Notes: generated from the letters alone by a model not told the origin. A DNA stretch of 64,000 bases from Candidatus Woesearchaeota archaeon (GCA_018302765.1 JAGVZG010000004.1:16878-80877); one strand, 5' to 3'; counted from the first letter of the stretch, positions 40,106 to 49,807 are shown. Made by a program: numbers and translations.

Positions 40106-40800
40106 ATTTTATTTATTGATTTTATTAGATTTCTTATAAATTTAGATCTTAACTTCTCTTTTATGTCTGGAATAGATAAATAAGGGCAAAAATCTTCTAT
40201 TTCCATTAGTAATAATTTATTATCTTTAGTTCTGCAAGCATCAATTCTTTGTATTCCATACTTTAATTTATTCCATTTTATAAAATTTTCAGCAAATTCT
40301 CTGTCCTGTTTTTTTACTTTATGATGCCTTAAATCCCACCTATTTTTCTTATCTTTTTCATATAGTTCATATTGAAATTTACCATCTATGAAATAAAAAG
40401 AAGTTTCGTATTTAAAATTAATATAAGGTTGTATAATATAATTCTGCAATTTTGTTTTTAATAGCTGCTTTTTACTTAATTTTTTTACCCCTATTGAACC
40501 ACCACCGTATATTGGTTTTATTATGTAATATTTAGTTTCTGGAATTTTACATAAATCTTTTATTTTATCTACTGAAGGAATAACTCGAAAACCTTTCTTG
40601 TATAAATCTAATAAATAATATTTACCTTTCATATCTGCTAAACCTGAAGGATGATTGTAAATTTTTTTATTTTTTCTTTTAAAACGAGACAATATTTTAT
40701 TCCATTTTTTTAAGTATTTTTCTAATGGCCATATATTTCTTACTAAAACAATATCTGCATTATCTTCAAACTTTTTACATTCCAGTGGGTGAGATATCAT
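40102..40800 (-). CDS. ATP-grasp fold protein (RimK/glutathione-synthetase-like C-terminal part)
   Basis: IIKPIYGGGS.G, YIIQPYI, QRIDA, LLLMEIED. Confidence 0.75.
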   Translation of the reverse strand: MISHPLECKKFEDNADIVLVRNIWPLEKYLKKWNKILSRFKRKNKKIYNHPSGLADMKGKYYLLDLYKKGFRVIPSVDKIKDLCKIPETKYYIIKPIYGGGSIGVKKLSKKQLLKTKLQNYIIQPYINFKYETSFYFIDGKFQYELYEKDKKNRWDLRHHKVKKQDREFAENFIKWNKLKYGIQRIDACRTKDNKLLLMEIEDFCPYLSIPDIKEKLRSKFIRNLIKSINKI

Positions 40801-40922
40801 AACTCCAAAATATTTGCTTAAATAATTACTAATGATATATCTTCATCTGCTTGATCTTCAAAAGTGTTACTTAGAAGCAATATATTTCTCATAGAATTTT
40901 TTAAATCTCTTAATTTAAAAAT

Positions 40923-42071
40923 TTATTGTATTACAACTAACTTAATTTTTTTATCTTCTATTCTACTTTCAATCAATTCTGATCTTATCTCTTTATACAA
41001 TTTAGTCATTTTTACACTTCTTTGTTTTATTATTTGTGTTGGAAGCTGCTTCAATTTACTTGCTAAAGTTCTTGGCCTAGAGGCAAACTTGCTTATATTT
41101 ATTACTTCAAATTCTAATCTTTTAACTAGGTCAATTGTTTGCTGAAAGTCTTCTTCTGTTTCTGTTGGATATCCTACAATTATATCAGTACTTATTGTAA
41201 TTCCTGGAATATTTTCCCTAAATTTTTTTACTATTTCAATAAATTCTTCTATTTTATAATTTCTTTTCATTTCTTTTAATATTTTATTTGAACCAGACTG
41301 AACTGGAAAATGAACAAACTTCATAATTTTTGGTGATTTATAAACCTCAATTAGTTCATCAACATATTTTCTGACATGTTCCGGATTTCCCATCCCAACT
41401 CTTACTTGAAATTCTCCTTTAATTTCATCAATTTCTTTGAGTAAATCAACTATACTATAACCTAAATCAAAACCATAACAAGCATTATCTGTGCTGGTTA
41501 GATTTATTCTCTTGTATCCTAATTTTAAATATTTCTTAACTTCTTCAATAATTTTTTCTTTAGGATATGAAATCAAATTACCTTTAGCAAATTTTGTTGC
41601 GCAAAAACTGCAAAAAGACCTACAACCTTCAGCAAGCTGAACGGATGCTATTTTTGTATCTTGATTTAATTTAGGAAGGCCTAATTTTATTTCCTTTCTT
41701 TTATTTGTTAATATAACCTGTTCATTAGCTAAAACCTTGTTTATTGCTTCTGGTATTTCTGTTATGTTTTGTGTACTTACTAAAGCAATGCCTTCTTTCA
41801 TGTAGTTTTTTAATTTGTCTTTTTCAGCAACAGGCATGCAACCAGTTATTACTAACTTTTTGTCTTTATAGTTATCTTTTATATATTCAATTTGGCTGAA
41901 TATCTTATTTACTGTGACATTTTTTACAGCGCATGAATTTATTACTACTACATCAGATTCTTCTACATCATTAACAATAGAATGCCCTGATTCTACAAGC
42001 AAACCTGCAATAATTGCTCCATTGTCATAGTTTGCAGTACAACCGTAATTATCTAGGTAAATTGTTGCCAT
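40923..42071 (-). CDS. MiaB-like tRNA methylthiotransferase (radical SAM, MtaB/e-MtaB type)
   Basis: YGCTAN, NSCAVK, VITGC UPF0004 cysteines; GCRSFCSFC; STDIIVGYPTETEEDF; no TRAM domain visible. Confidence 0.9.
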   Translation of the reverse strand: MATIYLDNYGCTANYDNGAIIAGLLVESGHSIVNDVEESDVVVINSCAVKNVTVNKIFSQIEYIKDNYKDKKLVITGCMPVAEKDKLKNYMKEGIALVSTQNITEIPEAINKVLANEQVILTNKRKEIKLGLPKLNQDTKIASVQLAEGCRSFCSFCATKFAKGNLISYPKEKIIEEVKKYLKLGYKRINLTSTDNACYGFDLGYSIVDLLKEIDEIKGEFQVRVGMGNPEHVRKYVDELIEVYKSPKIMKFVHFPVQSGSNKILKEMKRNYKIEEFIEIVKKFRENIPGITISTDIIVGYPTETEEDFQQTIDLVKRLEFEVINISKFASRPRTLASKLKQLPTQIIKQRSVKMTKLYKEIRSELIESRIEDKKIKLVVIQ

Positions 42072-42175
42072 TGTTGTAAAATAATAGACAGATATTTAAA
42101 ATTTCTGTTATGTTTGTTTCAAATGGATATTAAACTATATAAAAATTTAAATAAAACAATTTGCTTTACTAAATT

Positions 42176-42670
42176 ATGGCAGAAGAAATAGAAGTTCGAG
42201 GAACTTACAAAGAAATAGCTGGTCGTATTAATGGTCTTAATCCAACATATAATCATTTAGAAGTAACTTTAATAGATCTAGAACAAAGTAGAATAATTGA
42301 AGAAAGTGAATCTGGATTTATCTATTCAGAAGTTACTGAAAACTATGAACGTTTTAGTACTGGTTTTGATCAAAATCTAAAACCATTTCCACATACAAAA
42401 GTTACTGTTTGTGGGAGTGGTGCTTACCCTATTGGCAAACCATGGAGACCTCTTACTATTAAAATTTATGTGGATGGACATTCTCACATGAATGACTCAA
42501 GAAGAAAGGATTGGCCAAAATATTTTGATGAAATAAAAAATAGAATAGCTGATCTAGTTAGTATTGGTTATGTAATAAAAATTTTTGAAGCTCTTAGAAA
42601 TCAAAAAGATGACTTTCCAGGAGATGTTGATGCAGATGAAATTTTAAAAGGCTATGCCAATGAAAAATAA
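42176..42670 (+). CDS. Hypothetical protein
   Basis: 164-aa ORF. Confidence 0.55.
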   Translation: MAEEIEVRGTYKEIAGRINGLNPTYNHLEVTLIDLEQSRIIEESESGFIYSEVTENYERFSTGFDQNLKPFPHTKVTVCGSGAYPIGKPWRPLTIKIYVDGHSHMNDSRRKDWPKYFDEIKNRIADLVSIGYVIKIFEALRNQKDDFPGDVDADEILKGYANEK

Positions 42671-42671
42671 T

Positions 42672-43754
42672 TTACAGTTTTCTTTGAACTTTTTTTAACC
42701 AGCCTTCAGGCGCTTTTTCTTCTCCTATCTGAATTGCTGTAAATAAATTATACATTTTTCTTGTTATTGGACCAGCTTCTCCATTGCCAACAATTAATTC
42801 TTTGCCATCATCAAAAACATAAGTTCCTACTGGTGAAACAACTGCTGCAGTTCCTAAACCGCCTGCCTCTGTTACAAAACCATTATTTATTCCTTTGATA
42901 AATTCATCTAAGTAAATTGTTTCTTGTTTAACTTTGCATCCAAGTCTAGAAGCTAATTCTATTATTGATGTGGATGTTACAGATTTTAAAATTGTATCTG
43001 TAAACTTAGGGATTATTATTTCACGGTCTTTTGTAACATGAAAGTGATTCATTGCACCTGCTTCTTCTATAGTCTTGTTATTAACATCTGTATATAGAAC
43101 TTGTTTAGCACCAAATGAAGCTGCTTTAACTGCTGCTCTTAGACTAGCAGCATAATTGCCTCCTGTTTTTGCATTTCCAATACCACCTGGAGCTGCTCTG
43201 TGAAACTGTTTTGTTATCAATAATTTAATTGGATGAAAACCTTGAGGATAATAAGAACCACTTGGCGAAATTATAACACAATAAGTATAAGTGTTGCTTG
43301 GCTTAACACCCAAGCAGTCTTGCGTGCCGAACATAAATGGCCTAATATAAAATGAAGCATCTTTAACTTCTGGAAATAAATTTCTATCAATATCTACTAA
43401 TGAATGTATTGCCTGTATTTGATCTTCTATTGAAATTTTTGGCATACATAGTGCTTCTGCTGAATTATTAAAACGTTCAGCATGCTTATCTATTCTAAAT
43501 GTATAAATTTCTCTATCTTTATGCTTGAATGCTTTTAAACCTTCGAAGATATTCTGGCCATAATGCAGACTTACAGCTCCTGGGAATAAATTTAGTTCTT
43601 GATATGGTATTATTCTTGCAGAATGCCATTTTCCATCAGAATAGTCCATCAAGAACATATGATCTGTTCTTAATAATCCAAATCCCAAAGATTTATCAGA
43701 AACAAACTGCTCTTTTTTTCTTTGCGGTTTTAGTTCATATTTTATTTCCAGCAT
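42672..43754 (-). CDS. ilvE: Branched-chain amino acid aminotransferase
   Basis: LHYGQNIFEGLKA, YIRPFMFG, AKTGGNYAAS, EEAGAMN, GTAAVVSPVG. Confidence 0.93.
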   Translation of the reverse strand: MLEIKYELKPQRKKEQFVSDKSLGFGLLRTDHMFLMDYSDGKWHSARIIPYQELNLFPGAVSLHYGQNIFEGLKAFKHKDREIYTFRIDKHAERFNNSAEALCMPKISIEDQIQAIHSLVDIDRNLFPEVKDASFYIRPFMFGTQDCLGVKPSNTYTYCVIISPSGSYYPQGFHPIKLLITKQFHRAAPGGIGNAKTGGNYAASLRAAVKAASFGAKQVLYTDVNNKTIEEAGAMNHFHVTKDREIIIPKFTDTILKSVTSTSIIELASRLGCKVKQETIYLDEFIKGINNGFVTEAGGLGTAAVVSPVGTYVFDDGKELIVGNGEAGPITRKMYNLFTAIQIGEEKAPEGWLKKVQRKL

Positions 43755-43803
43755 TAAAAATCCATGAGCTTTAATAATATAAAAATTTTCTGAATCTGAA
43801 ATC

Positions 43804-43915
43804 TGCCCCGCGCGAGATTTGAACTCGCGTCAGAGCCTTTCTCCTTTTGCTTAAGCTTTTTCTAAAGGCTTATTTCGAGAGGGCTCTATCCTTGACCGGG
43901 CTAGACGAGCGGGGC
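43804..43915 (-). tRNA. tRNA-Glu(CTC) with one 37/38 intron (43839-43875, 37 nt)
   Basis: Spliced 75 nt GCCCCGC TC GTCT AGCCCGGTCAA GGAT A GAGCC CTCTCGA GGCTC TGAC GCGAG TTCAAAT CTCGC GCGGGGC A; BHB central helix CTCT/GGAG. Confidence 0.92.
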
Positions 43916-43939
43916 TTAATAAAAAACAACTAGAATCTT

Positions 43940-43947
43940 TTTATAAA
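43940..43947 (-). promoter_or_regulatory. TATA box of tRNA-Glu
   Basis: TTTATAAA at -32..-25 from mature +1. Confidence 0.6.
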
Positions 43948-44036
43948 ACTTCCTACATTTTTTATTCTTATTCTGTTATTATGGTAAATTATAGTAGTGG
44001 CAAAGATTTATATTTTGGATTTAATTAAAATTTACT

Positions 44037-44597
44037 ATGAAAATTCTTGGAAAGAGAGTAATAGATAAGGATTTCAAAGAAATATTTACTTCTGAATTTT
44101 TTTCTGTAACTGGTGGATTGCTAGCAGGTATTTTTTTATTAGTCTTAGTTAATAAGCTTGAATTAATACCTGGCTTGTTTATATTATTGCCCGGATTTTT
44201 AGAGATGCATGGAAATATTTTTGGAAGCTTAGCTGCAAGGCTTGGTGCTTTATTACATACAAAACATATAAAACCTAAATTTGAACATAATAAAATATTG
44301 TATATAAATATATTTTCTTCCATATTATTATTGATAATTGTATCTTTATTTTTGGGAGTATTTTCTTATATTCTAAATAAAGTTTTGTTTGGAAATGATA
44401 ATCCAATTCTTATCCTAATTGCAATAATTGCTGCTTTTATAGCTTTGGTGATAGAATTACCTCTAACTATATTTACAACTTTTTGGTTTTTTAAAAATGG
44501 ATATGATCCTGATGACATCATGGGGCCGTATATTACTACTATAGGAGATATAGTTAGTATATTTTCATTGTTGATTGTTATGCTGGTGGTGATATAA
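44037..44597 (+). CDS. MgtE integral membrane domain protein (first of a pair)
   Basis: GNIFGSLAARL, GYDPDDIMGPYITTIGD. Confidence 0.88.
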   Translation: MKILGKRVIDKDFKEIFTSEFFSVTGGLLAGIFLLVLVNKLELIPGLFILLPGFLEMHGNIFGSLAARLGALLHTKHIKPKFEHNKILYINIFSSILLLIIVSLFLGVFSYILNKVLFGNDNPILILIAIIAAFIALVIELPLTIFTTFWFFKNGYDPDDIMGPYITTIGDIVSIFSLLIVMLVVI

Positions 44598-45149
44598 ATG
44601 TTCAGCATAAAAGAAATTTTCAAGGATTCAATTGGAGTTTTGTTGTTTGCTTCTGCACTTAGTTTAATTGCTGGCTTGTTTCTAAGAAATGTTGAAAATG
44701 ACCTAATCATTGTTCTTCCTTTAATCATTGTACTTCCAGCATTAAATGATATGATTGGAGATTTTGGAATTATAGTAACTTCAAGATTTACTACTGCTTT
44801 ATATGAAAAGAAAGTAAACAACATACACTCACATATAGTAAAACACCTATTTGGTGAAGTCATGCCTGTGGCTATATTTTGTGCGGCTTATATTTCTGTA
44901 GTGGCAATATTAATTGCACATTTTAGAGGTTTCAGTTTTGATAGTTCAATTTTAATAAAAATAATATTAATAACATTAATTACTACAATTAGCTTGGTCT
45001 TGTTTGTATTTTTAGTTTCTATAGTTGGTGGTCTTTATGTTTACAAAAAGAAAATGGATCCTGATGACGTGCTTATACCAATAACAACATCTATTGCAGA
45101 TTTACTAAGCATAGGAGTATTTTCTTTGCTTGTTAGTATTTTATTTTAA
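44598..45149 (+). CDS. MgtE integral membrane domain protein (second of a pair)
   Basis: LPALNDMIGDFG, MDPDDVLIPITTSIAD. Confidence 0.88.
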   Translation: MFSIKEIFKDSIGVLLFASALSLIAGLFLRNVENDLIIVLPLIIVLPALNDMIGDFGIIVTSRFTTALYEKKVNNIHSHIVKHLFGEVMPVAIFCAAYISVVAILIAHFRGFSFDSSILIKIILITLITTISLVLFVFLVSIVGGLYVYKKKMDPDDVLIPITTSIADLLSIGVFSLLVSILF

Positions 45150-45748
45150 ACCATTCTTAAGTAATTATTAGCTGGCGCTAATTCACCTTCAAATGAATGT
45201 ATATCATCTAAGTCAGCAAGAAACTCAAAATCATTTAAAGCTTTTGCAACTTCTTCAGGCGTTGCATACTTATCTTTTGAACCTACAAAAGACCAGTCAT
45301 ATAATTCTGCTTTAATTAATCTTGTCTGTGTAATTATGTCTAATGTGTTGCTTGTGTCATAAAAAACATAAGGATATTTAGAATTTCTTTTTATTCTTAA
45401 ACTTTTTATTGTTCTAGGAATTAGTATTGATGGTGTTCTGCATAATTCTGGACTTTTAATTTTTCCAGCTTTTATTTTGTGTGCAAGACTGTTTTCTCCA
45501 AAAGACCTGTCATCAATAATTATTAATCTGGCACTATTGCATAACTCTTCAAGTTTGCTAATATTTTCTGTAGTAGGATCAAAGAAATCTAAAAATAATC
45601 CAGTAGTTCTAGCCATAGATTCAAAATAATTTAAGGGACGATTATAGTAGTTATTATTTTCTTTTCCAACTACAATTAGATAATTAAAATAATCAGTATT
45701 TAATTTATTTGCATATATTAATTTTAGTGTGGAACTTGTTGCGTTCAT
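45146..45748 (-). CDS. Hypothetical protein
   Basis: 200-aa ORF directly downstream of tRNA-Lys. Confidence 0.55.
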   Translation of the reverse strand: MNATSSTLKLIYANKLNTDYFNYLIVVGKENNNYYNRPLNYFESMARTTGLFLDFFDPTTENISKLEELCNSARLIIIDDRSFGENSLAHKIKAGKIKSPELCRTPSILIPRTIKSLRIKRNSKYPYVFYDTSNTLDIITQTRLIKAELYDWSFVGSKDKYATPEEVAKALNDFEFLADLDDIHSFEGELAPANNYLRMV

Positions 45749-45761
45749 TTTATTTTTATAG

Positions 45762-45866
45762 CGGGCCCGACGGGATTCGAACCCGCGGCCATCTGATTAA
45801 GAGTCAGATGCTTTCGGCAATTTTGAATTTTATTCTGAAATTACTACCAAGCTGAGCTACGGGCCC
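45762..45866 (-). tRNA. tRNA-Lys(CTT) with one D-arm intron at about 22/23 (45813-45843, 31 nt)
   Basis: Spliced 74 nt GGGCCCG TA GCTC AGCTTGGTA GAGC A TCTGA CTCTTAA TCAGA TGGCC GCGGG TTCGAAT CCCGT CGGGCCC G; helix TGGT/GCCG, inner stem AATTT/AAATT. Confidence 0.92.
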
Positions 45867-45889
45867 ACATAAGCTTGAACATAAAATTA

Positions 45890-45897
45890 GTTATAAA
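45890..45897 (-). promoter_or_regulatory. TATA box of tRNA-Lys
   Basis: TTTATAAC at -31..-24 from mature +1. Confidence 0.55.
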
Positions 45898-45902
45898 GTT
45901 TT

Positions 45903-46490
45903 CTAAATTCTTTTTATTTGTACAACCCCTCTAGAACTGACAGTGTATTTTCTGGGACTGTAACCAATTTCTATTCCTATGGCTAATGGTTCACCCAACA
46001 TTTTTTCAGTTGTCATACCAGCAATTATATTATAGAAAGGATTCACATAAATATCTTTAGCAAATATTTTCTTAGCTTTTTCAGATAAACTTAAAGCCTT
46101 TTCTTCATTTCTTCCGTCTAATTTTACTAGAAATTCACTTTCGTCATCATCTAATAAAAATAATAAAGCCCTTCGTTTAATTCCCCCAGGTATCTCATAA
46201 TTTATTTCAGACTTTGGAATTTTAAATCTTTCATTACTTTTTAATTTCAATTCAAAATAATTTTCATATTCCCAAGGTCCTTGGTATACATTAATTCTTT
46301 TCCCTCTTAATTTTGCATAATCAAATATAGCAATTAATGCAGAATCTCGTCTCATTTCTACAAGATCTCTGCTTGAGTATCTTTCAGTTCTTATACCTAT
46401 CTTATTCTCAAGATCGATTTTTTTACCATCTATGCTTACACAATGCGGAGCTACTTTTATTAAATGCATAATAAAAATATTAAAAAACAC
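45903..46490 (-). CDS. Hypothetical protein
   Basis: 195-aa ORF. Confidence 0.5.
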   Translation of the reverse strand: MFFNIFIMHLIKVAPHCVSIDGKKIDLENKIGIRTERYSSRDLVEMRRDSALIAIFDYAKLRGKRINVYQGPWEYENYFELKLKSNERFKIPKSEINYEIPGGIKRRALLFLLDDDESEFLVKLDGRNEEKALSLSEKAKKIFAKDIYVNPFYNIIAGMTTEKMLGEPLAIGIEIGYSPRKYTVSSRGVVQIKRI

Positions 46491-46533
46491 ACTATTTAAT
46501 ATTTCTCATTAATTGTCTTATATTATAAAAAAT

Positions 46534-48243
46534 CTATATTCCCCAACCAGGATTATTCTTTCTTTTTAACTCTGCTATTTCTTTTAGAATATTTACATCT
46601 TCATCTGTAATTAATTTCTTCATTTTTTTATAAATTCTAAATTGTTCTTCTGTAAGATCTGAATACAAAATATCACCCTCTTTTACCTGCCTCCCAATTG
46701 TAATTCCTGGCATAGATATTGCTAATTGTTCTCCTCTTTTAGCCTCTGTTAATTTTTTGCCTTCATGCTGAAGTTCTTTAACTTCTGTTATTGATTTGTC
46801 ATCTTTCATTAGATTTATTCCATTTTTTAATACGCCAGATAGGACTTCTATCCCACAAACTGCAGGACTTGACTGCCTAAATATATAACCTTCAAGAATT
46901 TTTATTTTGCACGGCTTTGGGACATTTCCCATTAGTTTTTCCTCAATGGCCTTCTTTTCAGAATTGTACCACTCATCAAATTTATCAATTAAAGAATAAA
47001 TTATATTATCTGTTATTGTCTTAACCTCATTTGTTTCAGAAGCTCTTACATTAAATCCCAATATAATTTTATTTAACTGATCTAAGGATGAAAGTGCTTC
47101 AGCTATATCTTTTTTATTTATGTCTCCTATAGAAGCTCTCTTTACTTTTATATTTTTTTCTCTTAACATACCAATCAATGCTTCTAAACTTCCAAGAGTA
47201 TCTGCTTTTATAACAACCCCTTCTTTATCTAATTCTATTGTTATTTCTTCAACTTGTTTTTTAATTTCTATTTTAGTTTTTTCCAAATCCTTATTTGCTA
47301 CTCTAAAAGGCATTCCTGGTATTACTTGATCTATATTTTGAGCTGATATTTTTACACCTATCGCTGCTTCTGCTTCTTTGATTGATTTAAGCTGATTTTT
47401 CTCTACTAAAAATAATGCCTTTATTTTAGTAGCTATAGGCTCACTAAGTGTACCTACAACAATTGCATCATTAATTCTCACTTTGCCTTTATAGACAATT
47501 ACGTCCATGCATAATCCAAGGCCTTTCTCTTCTGTAATCTCCAAAATAGTACCTTCTGCTGAAGTCTCTGGATCATAACTTAGTTGAGACTCTAAAAATT
47601 TCTGGGCTAAACCTGTTATTAACATTAACAATTCTGGAATACCCTCTCCAGTTTTTGCAGACATGGGAATCATAACTAATTGCTTTGTAAAATCTTCCAC
47701 TCTATCAAATCTTTCAGCAGACAAACCATTTTTATATAAAGCAGCAACAAGACTATAGATTTTATCATCTAATAATTTTTGTACAGAAGATGACTGTGAA
47801 GCAATACTTTTTATTAAATGTAAATCTAAATTCGATCGCCAACCATTTACTAAATCAAGTTTATTAAGTGCTATAACAAATGGTGTTTTGTTCTCTTTTA
47901 ATATTTCTATTGCTTCAATGGTTTGCGGTTTAAGACCTTCGTTTATATCAACTACTAATATAGCTATGTCAGCCAAAGAGCCCCCTCTTTTTCTAAGATT
48001 TGAAAATGCTTTATGACCTGGCAAATCAATAAACAATAGTCCTGGAACTTTTATTTTAGACAGATCCAATAAATCTTTACAAATATCTTTTATTGCTTGC
48101 AATGATATAGAATAAGCTTTTATTGACTGTGTAATTTTACCAGGCTCTGACGTCACAATAGAAGTCTTTTTAATACAATCTATAGTCTGGCTTTTACCAG
48201 AATCCACATTGCCCAATAAACTAACTATTAATTGTCTTAGCAT
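46534..48243 (-). CDS. infB: Translation initiation factor aIF5B (IF-2)
   Basis: GNVDSGKS, DLPGHKAFSNLRKRGGSLADIAIL, NKLD, SAKTGEGIPELL, KADTLGSLEAL, FRQSSPAVCG. Confidence 0.95.
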   Translation of the reverse strand: MLRQLIVSLLGNVDSGKSQTIDCIKKTSIVTSEPGKITQSIKAYSISLQAIKDICKDLLDLSKIKVPGLLFIDLPGHKAFSNLRKRGGSLADIAILVVDINEGLKPQTIEAIEILKENKTPFVIALNKLDLVNGWRSNLDLHLIKSIASQSSSVQKLLDDKIYSLVAALYKNGLSAERFDRVEDFTKQLVMIPMSAKTGEGIPELLMLITGLAQKFLESQLSYDPETSAEGTILEITEEKGLGLCMDVIVYKGKVRINDAIVVGTLSEPIATKIKALFLVEKNQLKSIKEAEAAIGVKISAQNIDQVIPGMPFRVANKDLEKTKIEIKKQVEEITIELDKEGVVIKADTLGSLEALIGMLREKNIKVKRASIGDINKKDIAEALSSLDQLNKIILGFNVRASETNEVKTITDNIIYSLIDKFDEWYNSEKKAIEEKLMGNVPKPCKIKILEGYIFRQSSPAVCGIEVLSGVLKNGINLMKDDKSITEVKELQHEGKKLTEAKRGEQLAISMPGITIGRQVKEGDILYSDLTEEQFRIYKKMKKLITDEDVNILKEIAELKRKNNPGWGI

Positions 48244-48375
48244 TTTAGTCTGTTTTAATTTTGTTTTTAAATAACTTTGGTTTCTATATATATTTTATAT
48301 TTTGTATATGGCACACTTATTTATAATATTATAACTATTTAATATTGGGGGAAATTATTGTATTAAGTGGGAAAT

Positions 48376-48480
48376 ATGAAAATAAAATTTACTAGAACTA
48401 AAATAGAGCTTGACGGCTTTACAACTACATTTGGCAGATGGAAGGATAATTTATTCAAATTAGGAGGGTGGTTAAAATGA
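48376..48480 (+). CDS. Mini-ORF A (34 aa), paralogous to mini-ORF B
   Basis: MKIKFTRTKIELDGFTTTFGRWKDNLFKLGGWLK; its stop overlaps the next ATG (ATGA). Confidence 0.45.
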   Translation: MKIKFTRTKIELDGFTTTFGRWKDNLFKLGGWLK

Positions 48481-48620
48481 AGGGGAAATTTATTAGAAAT
48501 GGTGTAGAGCTTGATGAATTCATAACAACGTGGAGTATGTGGCTAGATGACGACTTAGAGAATGACGCCTTGGACTTAGAAGAATGGGCTTTTTGGCAAG
48601 GCTATAACGAAGAATATTAA
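48477..48620 (+). CDS. Mini-ORF B (47 aa), acidic and Trp-rich
   Basis: MKGKFIRNGVELDEFITTWSMWLDDDLENDALDLEEWAFWQGYNEEY; GGAGG upstream. Confidence 0.5.
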   Translation: MKGKFIRNGVELDEFITTWSMWLDDDLENDALDLEEWAFWQGYNEEY

Positions 48621-48635
48621 ACTAACAACAAGTTA

Positions 48636-48899
48636 TTAGAAGTATTGTTTTGAAGATAATTTATAATCTGAACAATTATTATAAGAATATAAATCATTAG
48701 TAGCATTCTTGGAATAAAATGAAGTTTTTTGGCTTTTATCTGATTGTCTTGTTTCCATTATAAAATCAATTATTTTCTCAACCTTGCAAGACTCAAAACA
48801 AGAACCCATCATACCAAAAAATACCATTGCGTATAAACCATATCTTCTTTTAGGTTTAACAGGTTTAACTTTTTGCTCTAATCCCATAATTATAAACAT
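48636..48899 (-). CDS. Hypothetical small membrane protein
   Basis: 87-aa ORF with one hydrophobic stretch, downstream of rpl24e. Confidence 0.4.
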   Translation of the reverse strand: MFIIMGLEQKVKPVKPKRRYGLYAMVFFGMMGSCFESCKVEKIIDFIMETRQSDKSQKTSFYSKNATNDLYSYNNCSDYKLSSKQYF

Positions 48900-48923
48900 A
48901 ATAACAAAAACTTTTAAGGATTC

Positions 48924-49109
48924 CTATTTTGTAGTTTTAGCTTTTCTGAATTCCTGCGTCCATTTGATATATCTTGGCGTTCTTTTCAATTTAAGATGAT
49001 TTTTTTCGCATTTATTAGAACAATAATAGAAAACAGAACTATCATTTTTAGCAAACATTTTGCCTGTGCCAATTTCCAGATTGCTGCCACAAAATGAACA
49101 TTTAACCAT
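48924..49109 (-). CDS. rpl24e: 50S ribosomal protein L24e
   Basis: CSFCG...GTGKMF...FYYCSNKCEKN...PR.IKWT. Confidence 0.96.
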   Translation of the reverse strand: MVKCSFCGSNLEIGTGKMFAKNDSSVFYYCSNKCEKNHLKLKRTPRYIKWTQEFRKAKTTK

Positions 49110-49110
49110 T

Positions 49111-49452
49111 TTACTTCCTGCCCTGTGTTAGCTTTCTAGCTTCAATTTCAGTTTCTCTTAACATTAAAATATCGCCTATTCTTATAGGGCCTTTGACATT
49201 ACGCCTTAAAATACGCTTAGAGTCTCTTCCTTCGAGAACCTGGCATCTAACTTGAATTGCTTCGCCCCTCATGCCTGTTCTTCCAACTATTTCTTCTACT
49301 TGTGCAGGAACTGCATGCGTAAAAAGAGAAGAAGCTTTTTCTTGCTTTCTTTCAGTTATTTTTTGCTGCTCTTTTTGCCTTTTTGAATCTTCAGATTTTT
49401 CAGTTTGTTGTTTATCTTCAACTTGTTTTTTTTTAGTTTCTTTTTCAACCAT
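49111..49452 (-). CDS. rps28e: 30S ribosomal protein S28e with charged N-terminal extension
   Basis: [21 protein letters not shown]...[26 protein letters not shown]. Confidence 0.95.
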   Translation of the reverse strand: MVEKETKKKQVEDKQQTEKSEDSKRQKEQQKITERKQEKASSLFTHAVPAQVEEIVGRTGMRGEAIQVRCQVLEGRDSKRILRRNVKGPIRIGDILMLRETEIEARKLTQGRK

Positions 49453-49453
49453 T

Positions 49454-49807
49454 TTAAGCAGATTTTAACTTAGAAGTTAATTCTTTTATAGCTTGCTTAG
49501 CTTCTCCTTCCTGAATAATTGCTATGGAAGCTGTTGGAATATTTAGTCCTGCTATTTCTCCTAATTCTTCTCTTTTAGGAACAGGAACAATAGGTATTCC
49601 TTTCTCTTCACAAAGAGCTGGCAAATGCATAATTATCTCCTTAGGATTTGTATCTTGGGCTACTAAAACCAGTTTAGCAGTACCTCTTTCTATAGATTTA
49701 GTAACTTCATTCGTGCCTTTTTTTATTTTTCCAGTTTTTTTAACTATTTCAAGAATTTCATAAGCCTTTTCTACTATTTCTTTAGGAACGTTAGCATTTA
49801 TATCCAT
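49454..49807 (-). CDS. rpl7ae: 50S ribosomal protein L7Ae
   Basis: [30 protein letters not shown]. Confidence 0.96.
   Translation of the reverse strand: MDINANVPKEIVEKAYEILEIVKKTGKIKKGTNEVTKSIERGTAKLVLVAQDTNPKEIIMHLPALCEEKGIPIVPVPKREELGEIAGLNIPTASIAIIQEGEAKQAIKELTSKLKSA

Noticed and set aside
9003-43875. Nested BHB introns within the tRNA-Cys 37/38 and tRNA-Glu 37/38 introns
   Set aside because: Internal hairpins exist, but I could not draw two 3-nt bulges with flanking pairs as cleanly as in the tRNA-Arg D-loop intron.
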